Below, piece after piece: positions 18,332 through 27,100 of a stretch of DNA of 64,000 nt. The notes beneath the pieces are model-generated. The model ran no database searches, had not been told where the DNA came from, and saw only the letters and a program-made list of their open reading frames with translations. Source of the DNA: Stenotrophomonas sp. (GTDB lineage Bacteria > Pseudomonadota > Gammaproteobacteria > Xanthomonadales > Xanthomonadaceae); NCBI GenBank assembly GCA_035539015.1, contig DATLJF010000211.1, positions 3,397 to 67,396 on the forward strand, written 5' to 3'. Position numbers and translations under genes: made by a program. Positions within the stretch are counted from its first letter, which is position 1; the number at the start of each line of letters is the position of its first letter.

Positions 18332-18850
18332 ATGTCGCTCTCCCTCCACCAGGCCTCCGTGCCCGTACTCGTGCACGGCCTGCGCCAACTCTCGCACCTG
18401 CTCGGCCAGGGCCAGGCCCACGCCGCCGCCCAATCGCTCGACCCGGCCACCCTGATCGGCGCGCGCCTGGCGCCGGACATGCTGCCACTGTCGGCGCAGG
18501 TGCAACGCGCCAGCGACACCGCCAAGCTCAGCGTGCAGCGGCTCTCGGACGTGGCCGCACCGAAGATGGAAGACAACGAGGCCAGCTTCGAGCAGTTGCA
18601 GGCCCGTGTGGCGGCGACGATCGACTATCTGCTGGCGGTGCCGGCTTCGGCGTTCGAGACCGATCGCGAGATCACGCTGAAGTTCGGACCGCTGCAGGCG
18701 CGCTTTGACAGCGCGCGCTACCTCACCGAATTCGCCCTGCCCAACTTCTTCTTCCACATCAGCACGGCCTACGCGATTTTGCGCAACCAGGGCGTGTCCA
18801 TCGGCAAGCTCGATTACCTGGGCCGTATTGGCGAAGTCAGCGCAACCTGA
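18332..18850 (+). CDS. DUF1993 domain protein
   Basis: MSLSLHQASVPVLVHGLRQLSHLL...RLAPDMLPLSAQVQRASDTAK...NFFFHISTAYAILRNQGV matches my recollection of DUF1993. Confidence 0.75.
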   Translation: MSLSLHQASVPVLVHGLRQLSHLLGQGQAHAAAQSLDPATLIGARLAPDMLPLSAQVQRASDTAKLSVQRLSDVAAPKMEDNEASFEQLQARVAATIDYLLAVPASAFETDREITLKFGPLQARFDSARYLTEFALPNFFFHISTAYAILRNQGVSIGKLDYLGRIGEVSAT

Positions 18851-19158
18851 GGCGGCCAGTCTTGAAAATGCCCGAAAATCGCCACAGCGCCGGCGAAGAT
18901 GCCGGTAGATAGGCGATTTTCGGCGCGCTTGGCCTCACATTAACGCCCGTTAACAAAGCTCTACGCCAGCGGGCGTAGGCTGCACGCCTGCGGCGCTTCC
19001 TGGCGCCGCCCGACGCTTCGGCGTCTTTCGCGTGATCCCGCCTCGCATTCCTGCCGGCTCCAGCTGGCCGGCCGGCTTCACCCCGAGGCAGCCTCCACGC
19101 ACCGTCGCCGGCCCGGTTTACCGCCGGCTTCCCTGCCCCACATCAGGAGAGCTGTTCC

Positions 19159-19344
19159 ATGGCACGTCCCAGCAAGCAGAAGATCCAGCCCACCGTTTCA
19201 CGCGCCGATGGCAAGTCGCAGCCGCTCAACCGCGAGCGCATCGCCGCCGACCTGGCCGCGTTCCGCAAGTCCGGCGGCCGGATCGAGGTGTTGCCCACCT
19301 TCTTCCGTCCTGGCCGGCCGGCCAATGATCACGACGGCGATTGA
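19159..19344 (+). CDS. Small basic protein, function unknown (possible SutA-like C-terminal motif)
   Basis: Good RBS (CAGGAGAGCTGTTCC-ATG). 61 aa: MARPSKQKIQPTVSRADGKSQPLNRERIAADLAAFRKSGGRIEVLPT... The ER..A..L..F.KSGGRIEV segment resembles the conserved part of Pseudomonas SutA as I remember it. Confidence 0.55.
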   Translation: MARPSKQKIQPTVSRADGKSQPLNRERIAADLAAFRKSGGRIEVLPTFFRPGRPANDHDGD

Positions 19345-19376
19345 ACCCGGCCGTTTGACGATTTTCGCGGCGGCGC

Positions 19377-20273
19377 TCAGCCGCCGCGCCGCACCCGCAC
19401 CGTGCCGGAGTGCGAGTCGATATCGACATCGCCATTGCCATTGCCCAACTGGGTCTCCAGGCTGCGGCCAGGGCCATAGTCCGGCTTTTCCACCGTACCG
19501 GCATCGCTGTCGATATCACCACTGAAGGTTTCCACGCGCAGGCGCGCTGAAATTTCCTTGGGCAGGCGCAGACCGATACTGCCGCTCACACTCTGCAGTT
19601 CAACGCTGCCGCCCGGCGCCAGGCCGCCCACTCCAATGTCCATGCTGCCCGACACCGTCTCCCCGCGCAGACGCGAGAGCGGGCCTGCGTCAAGGTTGAT
19701 ACTGCCCGATACGGTTTCCACCGCGATATCGCCGCCCACTCCACCGCCGGCGCGGATACGGCCGCTGACGGTGTTGGCCCGCAGCCGCTGCGTGGCCAGT
19801 TGCGATTGCAGCGAGCCGCTGACGGTGGACAACGCCGATTCGCGCGCCTTGCCTTGCGCCTGCAGTTGGCCCGATACGGTTTGCGCTTGCAGCCGCGCCA
19901 GGTCGAGGTCGGCCATGTCCAGGTTGGCGCTGACGGTTTGCGCCGACAACTCGGCACCGCGCGGCACTTTTAGCTCCAGGCGCGCGCCGTTCGAACGGTG
20001 GCTGTTCTGCGGATAGACCACCCGCAATTGCACGCGATTGGTGCTGCTCTGCACGTCCAGCCGCTGGCCTTCACCGAGCTGCCCGGTGAGCACGACCTCG
20101 TTGCGATCCCAGCCACGGACGTGGACTTCACCGGCGACATTGTCCAGCTCCACCCGACCACCGGCAGCGAGGGTGTGGCGCTCGTTGACGCTGTCTTGCG
20201 CCAAGGCGGGCGTGGCTGCGGCCAGCAGGAGAGCGGCAAACAGCAAAGTAGTGGCCGGCGAGGGTTTCATCAT
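19377..20273 (-). CDS. DUF4097-family beta-strand repeat protein (putative adhesin fold), secreted
   Basis: Signal peptide ending ALAQ. Repeated (E/Q)TVSG(S/Q/R)(I/L/M) units (ETVSGSINL, ETVSGSMDI, QSVSGSIGL, ETFSGDIDS). Start is ATG 20273 or 20270 after GGAG; the ORF track starts at 20282. Confidence 0.8.
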   Translation of the reverse strand: MMKPSPATTLLFAALLLAAATPALAQDSVNERHTLAAGGRVELDNVAGEVHVRGWDRNEVVLTGQLGEGQRLDVQSSTNRVQLRVVYPQNSHRSNGARLELKVPRGAELSAQTVSANLDMADLDLARLQAQTVSGQLQAQGKARESALSTVSGSLQSQLATQRLRANTVSGRIRAGGGVGGDIAVETVSGSINLDAGPLSRLRGETVSGSMDIGVGGLAPGGSVELQSVSGSIGLRLPKEISARLRVETFSGDIDSDAGTVEKPDYGPGRSLETQLGNGNGDVDIDSHSGTVRVRRGG

Positions 20274-20288
20274 GTGCTCCATTGGCTA

Positions 20289-20816
20289 TCAGGTCATGCC
20301 GACCGACGCATCACGCGCGGCCATGCGGGTCAGTTCCAGGCGCTTGTCGTAGGTGCGGCGCAGTTGCCCGAGCAGATAGCCGGCATCGGGCCGCTCGCGC
20401 AACGCGCTGCGAATCTGCGCGGCACTGGCATCGAGGTCGCGCAGGGCCGGCTGCAGCTCGGCCGGCACCGTGGTGGCGGGCAACGCGGCCATGGCCTGGC
20501 GGTATTCGCCGGACATCGCTTCGGCCTGCGCCAATAGCGGCGCGGCCTGCGCCGGTGGCGCCGGGACCGGCGCGCGCGCCGGCAGCAGCAGTACCGCCAT
20601 CGCCGCCAGCGAGGCTGCTGCGGCCAGGCTCAGCGGCAGCCGCCAGCGGCGGCGCGTGGACGCGCGTCCGTGCCGAGGTAGCGGCGCCGCAGTTGTGGCG
20701 GGTGCCTCATCCAGTGCAGCACTAATGCCTTGCCACACCGATTCGGGCGGCGTGCGTTGTGCTGGCAACGCGCGCAGTCGGGCGAGCAGGTCGTGGTTGT
20801 CGGAAGGAAGGGTCAT
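20289..20816 (-). CDS. Putative anti-sigma factor (single-pass membrane, no zinc-binding motif)
   Basis: ATGA overlap with the upstream ECF sigma gene. Short cytoplasmic N-terminus, one TM segment (WRLPLSLAAAASLAAMAVLLL) and a periplasmic C-terminus. No HxxxCxxC motif. Confidence 0.65.
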   Translation of the reverse strand: MTLPSDNHDLLARLRALPAQRTPPESVWQGISAALDEAPATTAAPLPRHGRASTRRRWRLPLSLAAAASLAAMAVLLLPARAPVPAPPAQAAPLLAQAEAMSGEYRQAMAALPATTVPAELQPALRDLDASAAQIRSALRERPDAGYLLGQLRRTYDKRLELTRMAARDASVGMT

Positions 20817-21388
20817 GCAGGTTCTCCCATGCGCACGCGGAGCAGCCCGCGGGCGCGATGCAATTGTGCTTTCGAACTACCGACCGCCATCTGCAATACC
20901 TCGGCGATCTCCTGGTGCTTCCAGCCTTCGACATCGTGCAGCACCAGCACGGCACGCGCACGCGGTGGCAAGGTCTGCAACGCGCGCTCCAGGTCGATGC
21001 GTTGTGCCTGGCAGCTTTCGCGCGCCGGCAGTTCGGCCAGCACCGCTTCGTCGGCCGGTTCACCTTCGGCACTGCGCGCGCGCAGGTCCATCAACGCCGT
21101 GTTGACCGCCAGCCGGTGCAGCCAGGTCGCCAGCGCGCTTTCGAAACGAAACTGCGGCAACGCGCGCCAGGCACGGATGAAGGCGTCCTGCAGGACGTCG
21201 TCGGCCCGCGCCGCCTGGCCGCCGCACAAGCGCCAGACCACCGCGTACAGCCGCGGCGAATGGCGCCGATAGATCGCCTCGAACGCCTGCCGGTCGCCCG
21301 CCGCTGCGGCACGGGCGAGGCGGTCGTCGTCGGGCTCGACGGCAAGGGCTTGGGGGGCGCGGAGGGCAGGCACGGTGGCGTCGAGCAT
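20813..21388 (-). CDS. ECF-type RNA polymerase sigma-70 family factor
   Basis: Region 2 (DDVLQDAFIRAWRALPQF...WLHRLAVN) and region 4 (VLVLHDVEGWKHQEIAEVLQMAVGSSKAQLHRARGLL). Confidence 0.9.
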   Translation of the reverse strand: MLDATVPALRAPQALAVEPDDDRLARAAAAGDRQAFEAIYRRHSPRLYAVVWRLCGGQAARADDVLQDAFIRAWRALPQFRFESALATWLHRLAVNTALMDLRARSAEGEPADEAVLAELPARESCQAQRIDLERALQTLPPRARAVLVLHDVEGWKHQEIAEVLQMAVGSSKAQLHRARGLLRVRMGEPA

Positions 21389-21532
21389 ATCCCTTGGATG
21401 TGCCGGGGCGACAAAAGGTTTAAAGCGGCCAGCGCCTCCCGGCCGGCCGGTCGTTTAAACCCTGCCGGCGCTCGCTGCATCCAACCCGGTGAGCTCGCGG
21501 CCCCCGCCTGCGTCTACCAAGGACATCGCGCC

Positions 21533-21775
21533 ATGCCTGCCCCGCTACTGGGTCTGCTCTTGATGGTATGCCCCCAAGGCTGCGAGCTGCCGCTGCCGCA
21601 CGCCGCGCTGGAGCTGCGCGTGGCGGGGTCGCAGCGGCAGTGGTGCCTGCGCGTGGAGGCTGCCGCCGGCTGGCGCCTGTGCGATGAGGAGGTCGCCGGA
21701 TGGCTACGCCACCACTTGGGCCAGCCGCTCAGCGCAGTTGGCTGTCCTTGCTGCCACGGCGGTTGTAGCCACTGA
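21533..21775 (+). CDS. Candidate small Cys/His-rich protein (hypothetical)
   Basis: This is the only open frame covering the 340-bp gap. By hand count, third-position GC is about 87% over the first 67 codons. Product: MPAPLLGLLLMVCPQGCELPL...GCPCCHGGCSH. RBS is weak (AAGGAC). The last 47 nt overlap the convergent dksA/traR-like gene. Confidence 0.3.
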   Translation: MPAPLLGLLLMVCPQGCELPLPHAALELRVAGSQRQWCLRVEAAAGWRLCDEEVAGWLRHHLGQPLSAVGCPCCHGGCSH

Positions 21776-21995
21776 ACCCGGCCTCTTCTTCATCGCGCGC
21801 CTGTTGGCAGGCCACGCACAGGCGTACGCCGGGCACGGCCTTGCGTCGCGCCTCGGGAATCGGCGCATCGCATTCCTCGCAATGCGTCAGGCTCGGTCCT
21901 TGCGGCAGCTGGCTGCGCGCGCGCTTGATCGCATCGTCGACGGTGGCGTCGATCTGGTCCTGCACCGCGCCATCGCCGGCCCATCCGGTTGCCAT
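21729..21995 (-). CDS. DksA/TraR-family C4 zinc-finger protein
   Basis: CEECDAPIPEARRKAVPGVRLCVACQ four-Cys finger. ATG 21995 chosen (MATGWAGDG...). Confidence 0.8.
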   Translation of the reverse strand: MATGWAGDGAVQDQIDATVDDAIKRARSQLPQGPSLTHCEECDAPIPEARRKAVPGVRLCVACQQARDEEEAGFSGYNRRGSKDSQLR

Positions 21996-22132
21996 GACGG
22001 TCTCCTGCGTGTGGTCGTTATCGCCACATGGGTGCCCATGCGGGCGGGAACAAGTTCGCTGACGTGCCGCGCACATCGGTTCAGGCTAGCATTCAGGCCG
22101 CGCCGCACTGGGCGGCAAACCCGCAGGTAGCC

Positions 22133-22372
22133 ATGGAAAAGTCCGTTCACCCGTTCTCCGAACTGTTTGCCCAGCTCGGGCTGCCGGCCGATGAGGCCAG
22201 CATCGGCCAGTTCATCGCGCAGCATTCGCCGCTGCCCGATGCCATGCGCCTGGAAGAAGCGCCGTTCTGGAGCCCTTCGCAAGCTGCGCTGCTGCGAGAA
22301 GAGCGTATCGACGATGCCGACTGGATCGTCACCATCGACCAGCTCAACATCGCCCTGCACGCCACGCCGTAA
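22133..22372 (+). CDS. DUF2789 family protein
   Basis: MEKSVHPFSELFAQLGLPADEASIGQFIAQHSPLPDAMRLEEAPFWSPSQAALLRE matches my recollection of DUF2789. Confidence 0.75.
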   Translation: MEKSVHPFSELFAQLGLPADEASIGQFIAQHSPLPDAMRLEEAPFWSPSQAALLREERIDDADWIVTIDQLNIALHATP

Positions 22373-22387
22373 GGCGCGGCGAAAGGC

Positions 22388-22759
22388 TCAGCGCGCCACC
22401 GCCTGCGCGCTGTCGAGCATGCCGAGCAATTGCGGCAGCCGGTAGGGCTTGGGCAGGAAGGTGACGTTTTCCGGCAGCGGCGGCAGCTGCGCCCGCGCAT
22501 AGCCCGATGACAGGATCACCCGCGCGCGCGGCTGCAGCCGCGCGCTGTGCGCGGCCAGTTCGATGCCCGACACCCCGTTGGGCATGCTGACATCACTGAA
22601 GACGAAGTCGAAACGCTCGCCGCTCTCGAGCAGCGCGAGCGCCTGGCGGCCGTCGTCGACGGTCACCACCCGATAGCCGAAGTCCGGCAACGCATCGCGC
22701 ATCAGTTCGCGCAGGCTTTCGTTGTCTTCGACCAACAGGACGAGGGGTTCATTGGACAT
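22388..22759 (-). CDS. Single-domain response regulator (receiver only)
   Basis: LVLLVEDNESLRE...DFVFSDVSMP (phospho-acceptor Asp) ...FLPKPY. No output domain. Overlaps the upstream kinase gene by 11 nt. Confidence 0.9.
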   Translation of the reverse strand: MSNEPLVLLVEDNESLRELMRDALPDFGYRVVTVDDGRQALALLESGERFDFVFSDVSMPNGVSGIELAAHSARLQPRARVILSSGYARAQLPPLPENVTFLPKPYRLPQLLGMLDSAQAVAR

Positions 22760-23921
22760 GCTGATGCTCCATGGCTAGCGGCAAGCAAACGGCCACGGTA
22801 CAGCCCCGGCCTGGCTCGCTGGATATGACGGCAAACCCGCCGGACTGTACGGCAAAACCAAACACCTGGCTCAGGCCCAGGCCACTGCCCTGGCCCACCG
22901 TCTTGGTGGTGAAGAACGGCTCGAAGGCCCGCGCCGCCACCGCGGCCTCCATGCCGGGGCCGGTATCGGCCACTTCGATGCGGGCGTAGGTGCGCGGCGC
23001 CTGGTCCGGCGCATAGGGCGAGCACCCCTCCCACACCGAATTACGCAACTGCACCTCGCCGCCCTCGTTACAGGCATCGCGTGCATTGACCACCAGGTTG
23101 AGGATGGCCGCCTCCAGCTGCCCGGCGTCGACATCGATCTCGCCCACCTCTCCCAACGCCTCGTTGAAGTGCAGCCGGCCGCCACAGGCGCGCCGGTACA
23201 GCTCGCAGGAACGCCGCAGCAGGCCATCGACGCGATGCCGCTCCAGCACCATGGCCTGGCCACAGCCGAAGGACAACAACTGCCGGGTCAGCAAGGTGCC
23301 GCGGTCAATGGCGCGCTGCGCCACGCTGACCAATTCATGGGCGCGCGCATCGGTGCCGGGGCGCAGGTCGATCAATTCCAGGCAATTGACCACCACCGCC
23401 AGCAAATTATTGAAATCATGGGCCAGCCCCAGGGTGAGCTTGCCGACCGCATCCATCTTCTGGACTTCGGCCAGCTGCGCCTGCGCTTGCTGCAAACGCT
23501 GCTGTGCCTCGTGGCGCTCGGTGATATCGCGCGTGACCTTGGCGAAACCGGCCAGCTCCTCGCCGCGCCAGATCGGGTCGACGACGACGCTGGCCCAGAA
23601 GCGCGAACCATTCTTGCGCACCCGCCAGCCCTCGCCTTCGAACTTGCCTTGATCGCGGGCGATCTGCAGCACGCGATCGGGCAGCTTTCCGGCGCGATCT
23701 TCTTCGGTGAAGAAATGTGAGAAATGCAGGCCAAGCACTTCGGCCTTGCTGTAGCCCTTGATGCGCTCACCACCCGGGTTCCAGGTACGCACGTAGCCGT
23801 GCGCGTCCAGCATGTAGATGGCGTAATCGCTCACGCTGCGGATGAGCAGCGCCAGTTCGCGCAGGTCATCTTCCAGCCCGGTATCCACGACCGGTCCTGC
23901 CGCCACCTCGATCGCTTCCAC
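22749..23921 (-). CDS. Cytoplasmic PAS-domain sensor histidine kinase
   Basis: GTG 23921 lies 6 nt after GGAGGG. PAS region (SVSDYAIYMLDAHGYVRTWNPGGERIKGY...), H-box LGLAHDFNNLL, N-box LNLVVNARDA, G1 DTGPGM, G2 GSGLGLS. No TM segments. The longer ORF up to 24257 is rejected. Confidence 0.85.
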   Translation of the reverse strand: MEAIEVAAGPVVDTGLEDDLRELALLIRSVSDYAIYMLDAHGYVRTWNPGGERIKGYSKAEVLGLHFSHFFTEEDRAGKLPDRVLQIARDQGKFEGEGWRVRKNGSRFWASVVVDPIWRGEELAGFAKVTRDITERHEAQQRLQQAQAQLAEVQKMDAVGKLTLGLAHDFNNLLAVVVNCLELIDLRPGTDARAHELVSVAQRAIDRGTLLTRQLLSFGCGQAMVLERHRVDGLLRRSCELYRRACGGRLHFNEALGEVGEIDVDAGQLEAAILNLVVNARDACNEGGEVQLRNSVWEGCSPYAPDQAPRTYARIEVADTGPGMEAAVAARAFEPFFTTKTVGQGSGLGLSQVFGFAVQSGGFAVISSEPGRGCTVAVCLPLAMEHQHVQ

Positions 23922-24193
23922 CTGCCGCCCTCCAAACCTCGGTCGCCAGCCTAGGGGCGGTTTCGTGAAGGGCGTGTCACCTCGAACCTGAAGCGTTCCG
24001 CTACCGCCGCGCGACTGCCGCTGAACGCGGATGCCGAGTTCAGACAGGTCGCGTATCTCGGCCGGGTGCACGCATCGGATCGTTGCCCTCCGTCTCCTGG
24101 TTGGCGCTCTCCTGAGAAGCCGCCCTGTCCCCGCGCGCCTGCTGGCCGGCGTGCGGGGCATGAGGCAGTGGCCAGCATCAACAGAGGATTCCC

Positions 24194-27100
24194 ATGCCAA
24201 CGCTGCCCGTGCTTGAACTTCGACCTTCCCGCCTGTGCAAACTCCAGCCACTGACACTGGCCACGGCGCTGGTCCTCAGCAGCGCCGCCTGCGCACAAGC
24301 GGCACCCGGCGCGCTGGGTGCGCCGGACAGCTGGGTCACGCCGGAATTCCGGGCCAACCAGGCGCTTGGCATGATCCAGGCCCAATATGCCTACGCGCGC
24401 GGCTTGAACGGGCGCAACATCTGGTTGGGCGTGACCGACAGCGGGGTCATGTTCGATCATCCCGAATTGGCCGCGGTCCACAAGCAGTCGATCCTGGTGG
24501 CCGACCCGTTGCCCGGGGGCGGCCGTTGTGCGGCGTCGCCGACGGTCACGGAGGACGCCTGTTTCCACGCCACCGGCCATTCGACGCAGGTGGTCTACCA
24601 GGATGTACCCGACAACATCGATGAGGCCACGCGACAAACGTTGATTGAGAACGACGTGCGGCCTGGCGCTTCCTATGAAAGCCATGGCACTGCGGTGGCC
24701 TCGCAGGCGCTTGCCCGCCGCGATGGCACTGGCATGCATGGTGTAGCGTTCGGCGCGAACCTTGCCAGCGCCCGCGTCCAGGCGCACAAGTACATGGACC
24801 TGGCCGCGGCAGCGGACCTTCCCAATGGCATCACCGTGAGCCAGGAAAACGCGCCAGGCTCCTGGAAGCCCGCCTATGCCGACATGGCGGCACGCGGCGT
24901 ACGCGTGATCAACAACAGCTGGGACGTGGCTGCGATCGACCCGAAGGACGCGGAGGATCCCGAGCAGGCACAGCGAGCCGCGCAGACGCGCGAGCGGGAG
25001 AAAGACGCGTGGGCGGGGGCCGCACGTGTGCACGGAATGATCCAGGTCTTTGCAGCCGGCAATGACAGCGCCAAGCCCCCGGGTGAAGGTGCGCTGCTGC
25101 CGGCGACCCGACCCGACGTCGAGCGGCTGTGGCTGGCGGTAGCCAATCTGCAGAGCACAAGCACGATGCATAGCGATTCGACCCGCTGTGGTGCGGCCGC
25201 GCAGTGGTGCCTCTCCGCGCCCGGCACTCAGCTGCTGAGCGCGGAGATCGACCCTCAACGCAGCAAAGCAAGCGCAACCCCGATCCGCGACGCCGCCGGC
25301 AAGGTGACCGGCCTGCAGGTCGAGGAAGGGATACAAGTGGGCGGGCACAGTGCAAAGACCGGCACATCCTTCGCCACGCCAGTGGTCACCGGCGCGCTGG
25401 CGGTGCTGATGGAGCGTTATCCCTATCTCGACAACGCCCAGGTCCGCGATGTCATGTTGACCACCGCCACCGACCTGGGCGCACCTGGGGTCGATCCGGT
25501 CTTCGGCTGGGGCGCACTCAATCTGCGCAAGGCGATCGATGGCCCCGGGCAGTTGCGCGTGGATACCCAGGTCACGATGAACCAGCGCGCCGGCGGCGCC
25601 AAGGTCTGGCAAGGCGAGGCGTGGGACGAATGGCGCAACGACATCGGCGGACCGGGCCGCCTGGGCAAGGACGGACAGGGTTGGCTGCGCCTGGCGGGCA
25701 ACAATACGTTCGCAGGCGCCGATGTGCGCGGCGGAATGCTTGAGCTGACCGGAAGCAACGCGCTTACCGGTGCGCTGAACGTGCATACCGGCGGCCAGCT
25801 GCTGGTGGCAAAGGGCGCGCTCATGTCCGTACCAGCGCTCACCGTACACAGCGGTCGCGCGCGGATCGACGGCCAGGTGTCTGGCGGCTCGACCTCGGTC
25901 GAAGCGGATGGCGTGCTCGAGGGCACTGGCCAGCTCGGCAGCACCCGCGTGGCCGGTGTGATCTCGCCCGGCGTCGAGGGCGGCGCACGAATCGGCCAGC
26001 TGCGCGTGGACGGTGACTACACCCATCTGGCCAGCGCGCTGTATCGGGTCGACCTGGCCGCCAATGGCGACGCCGACATGCTGGCGGTCAGCGGCAAGGC
26101 GCGTATCGAAGGCGGCCGGATCGCAGTCACCGCCACTCCCTCGATCGAACAGCTGGGCCAGTCTTTCACCGTATTGACTGCGGCCAAAGGCATCGAAGGC
26201 CAATTCACCCTCCCGGCTTCGCCCTCCACGTTCCTGGCATTCGTCGCCGGCTACACGCCGACCTCGGCCAGCCTCATGCTCGGTCGCGGGCTACCGTTGG
26301 GCAGCGCCGCTGCCACCGCCAACCAGCGCGCCGTCGCCGCCGCGGCCGATGCCCAGGACAACCGCCAGCCGCTACTGGGAAGCATGCTGACCTTGTCGCC
26401 ACAAGGTGCGCGACAGGCGTTCGACCAGCTGAGTGGCGAGGTGCATGCCAGCACCCGGGCGCTGCTACTGGAAAGCAGCCGGATTCCGCGTGAAACGCTG
26501 CTGGCACGGGCCAGGCGATCCGGCCAGGCATCGGCCGATGCCAACTCGCACGCACCGCGCCAGGGCCTGTGGGCGCGCGCTGATCACCAGAGTGATCGGC
26601 TCGATGGCAACGGCAATGCCGCCGCCGCCCGCTTCGATGGCAATGTGCTGTTGGCCGGTTATGACCTGCAACTCGACAGTGGCTGGACCCTCGGCGCCAT
26701 GCTCGGCCACGGCAAGGGCGAAACCAAGGTAGCCGACCGCCAGTCGAAAGCGCGGGTGCGGGCCAATCACATCGGCGTCTACGCCGGCCAGCACTGGGGA
26801 CCCTGGGGGCTGGGTGCCGGCTACGTCCATTCCAGGCAGCAGGTGAAAAGCCAACGTAGCGTGACGATGCCTGGCTTGCAGGAAACCCTGGTCGCCAAGT
26901 ACGACACGCGCACCGACCAGGCATTCGTCGAAGGCACCTACCGTTGGAGCAATGGCCAGGTGGCGCTGGAACCCTTCCTGCAATACACCTACTTGCGCCA
27001 GGGCAAGACCGGCGTGGCGGAAACCGGCGGCCTGGCGGCGCTAAGCGGGGGCAGCCCGGCGCAGGACCTCCACCTCGGAACCGCCGGCTTGCGTTGGGAG

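Noticed and set aside
18941-18953. 12-mer AACGCCCGTTAA shared (in reverse orientation) with 59350-59361 upstream of rpoE
   Set aside because: Two occurrences of a 12-mer in 64 kb could reflect a shared binding site, but I cannot assess significance without genome-wide counts. There is no functional link between the two loci, so I kept it only as a note.
24194-24310. Lipobox in the plus-strand autotransporter (LSSAAC)
   Set aside because: The -3 position is Ser rather than Leu/Val/Ile, and ACA-QA is a good signal peptidase I site. I did not call it a lipoprotein.
23951-26203. 750-aa minus-strand ORF
   Set aside because: It lies antisense to the plus-strand S8 autotransporter, whose catalytic triad and barrel are clear. 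The product has no recognisable domains.
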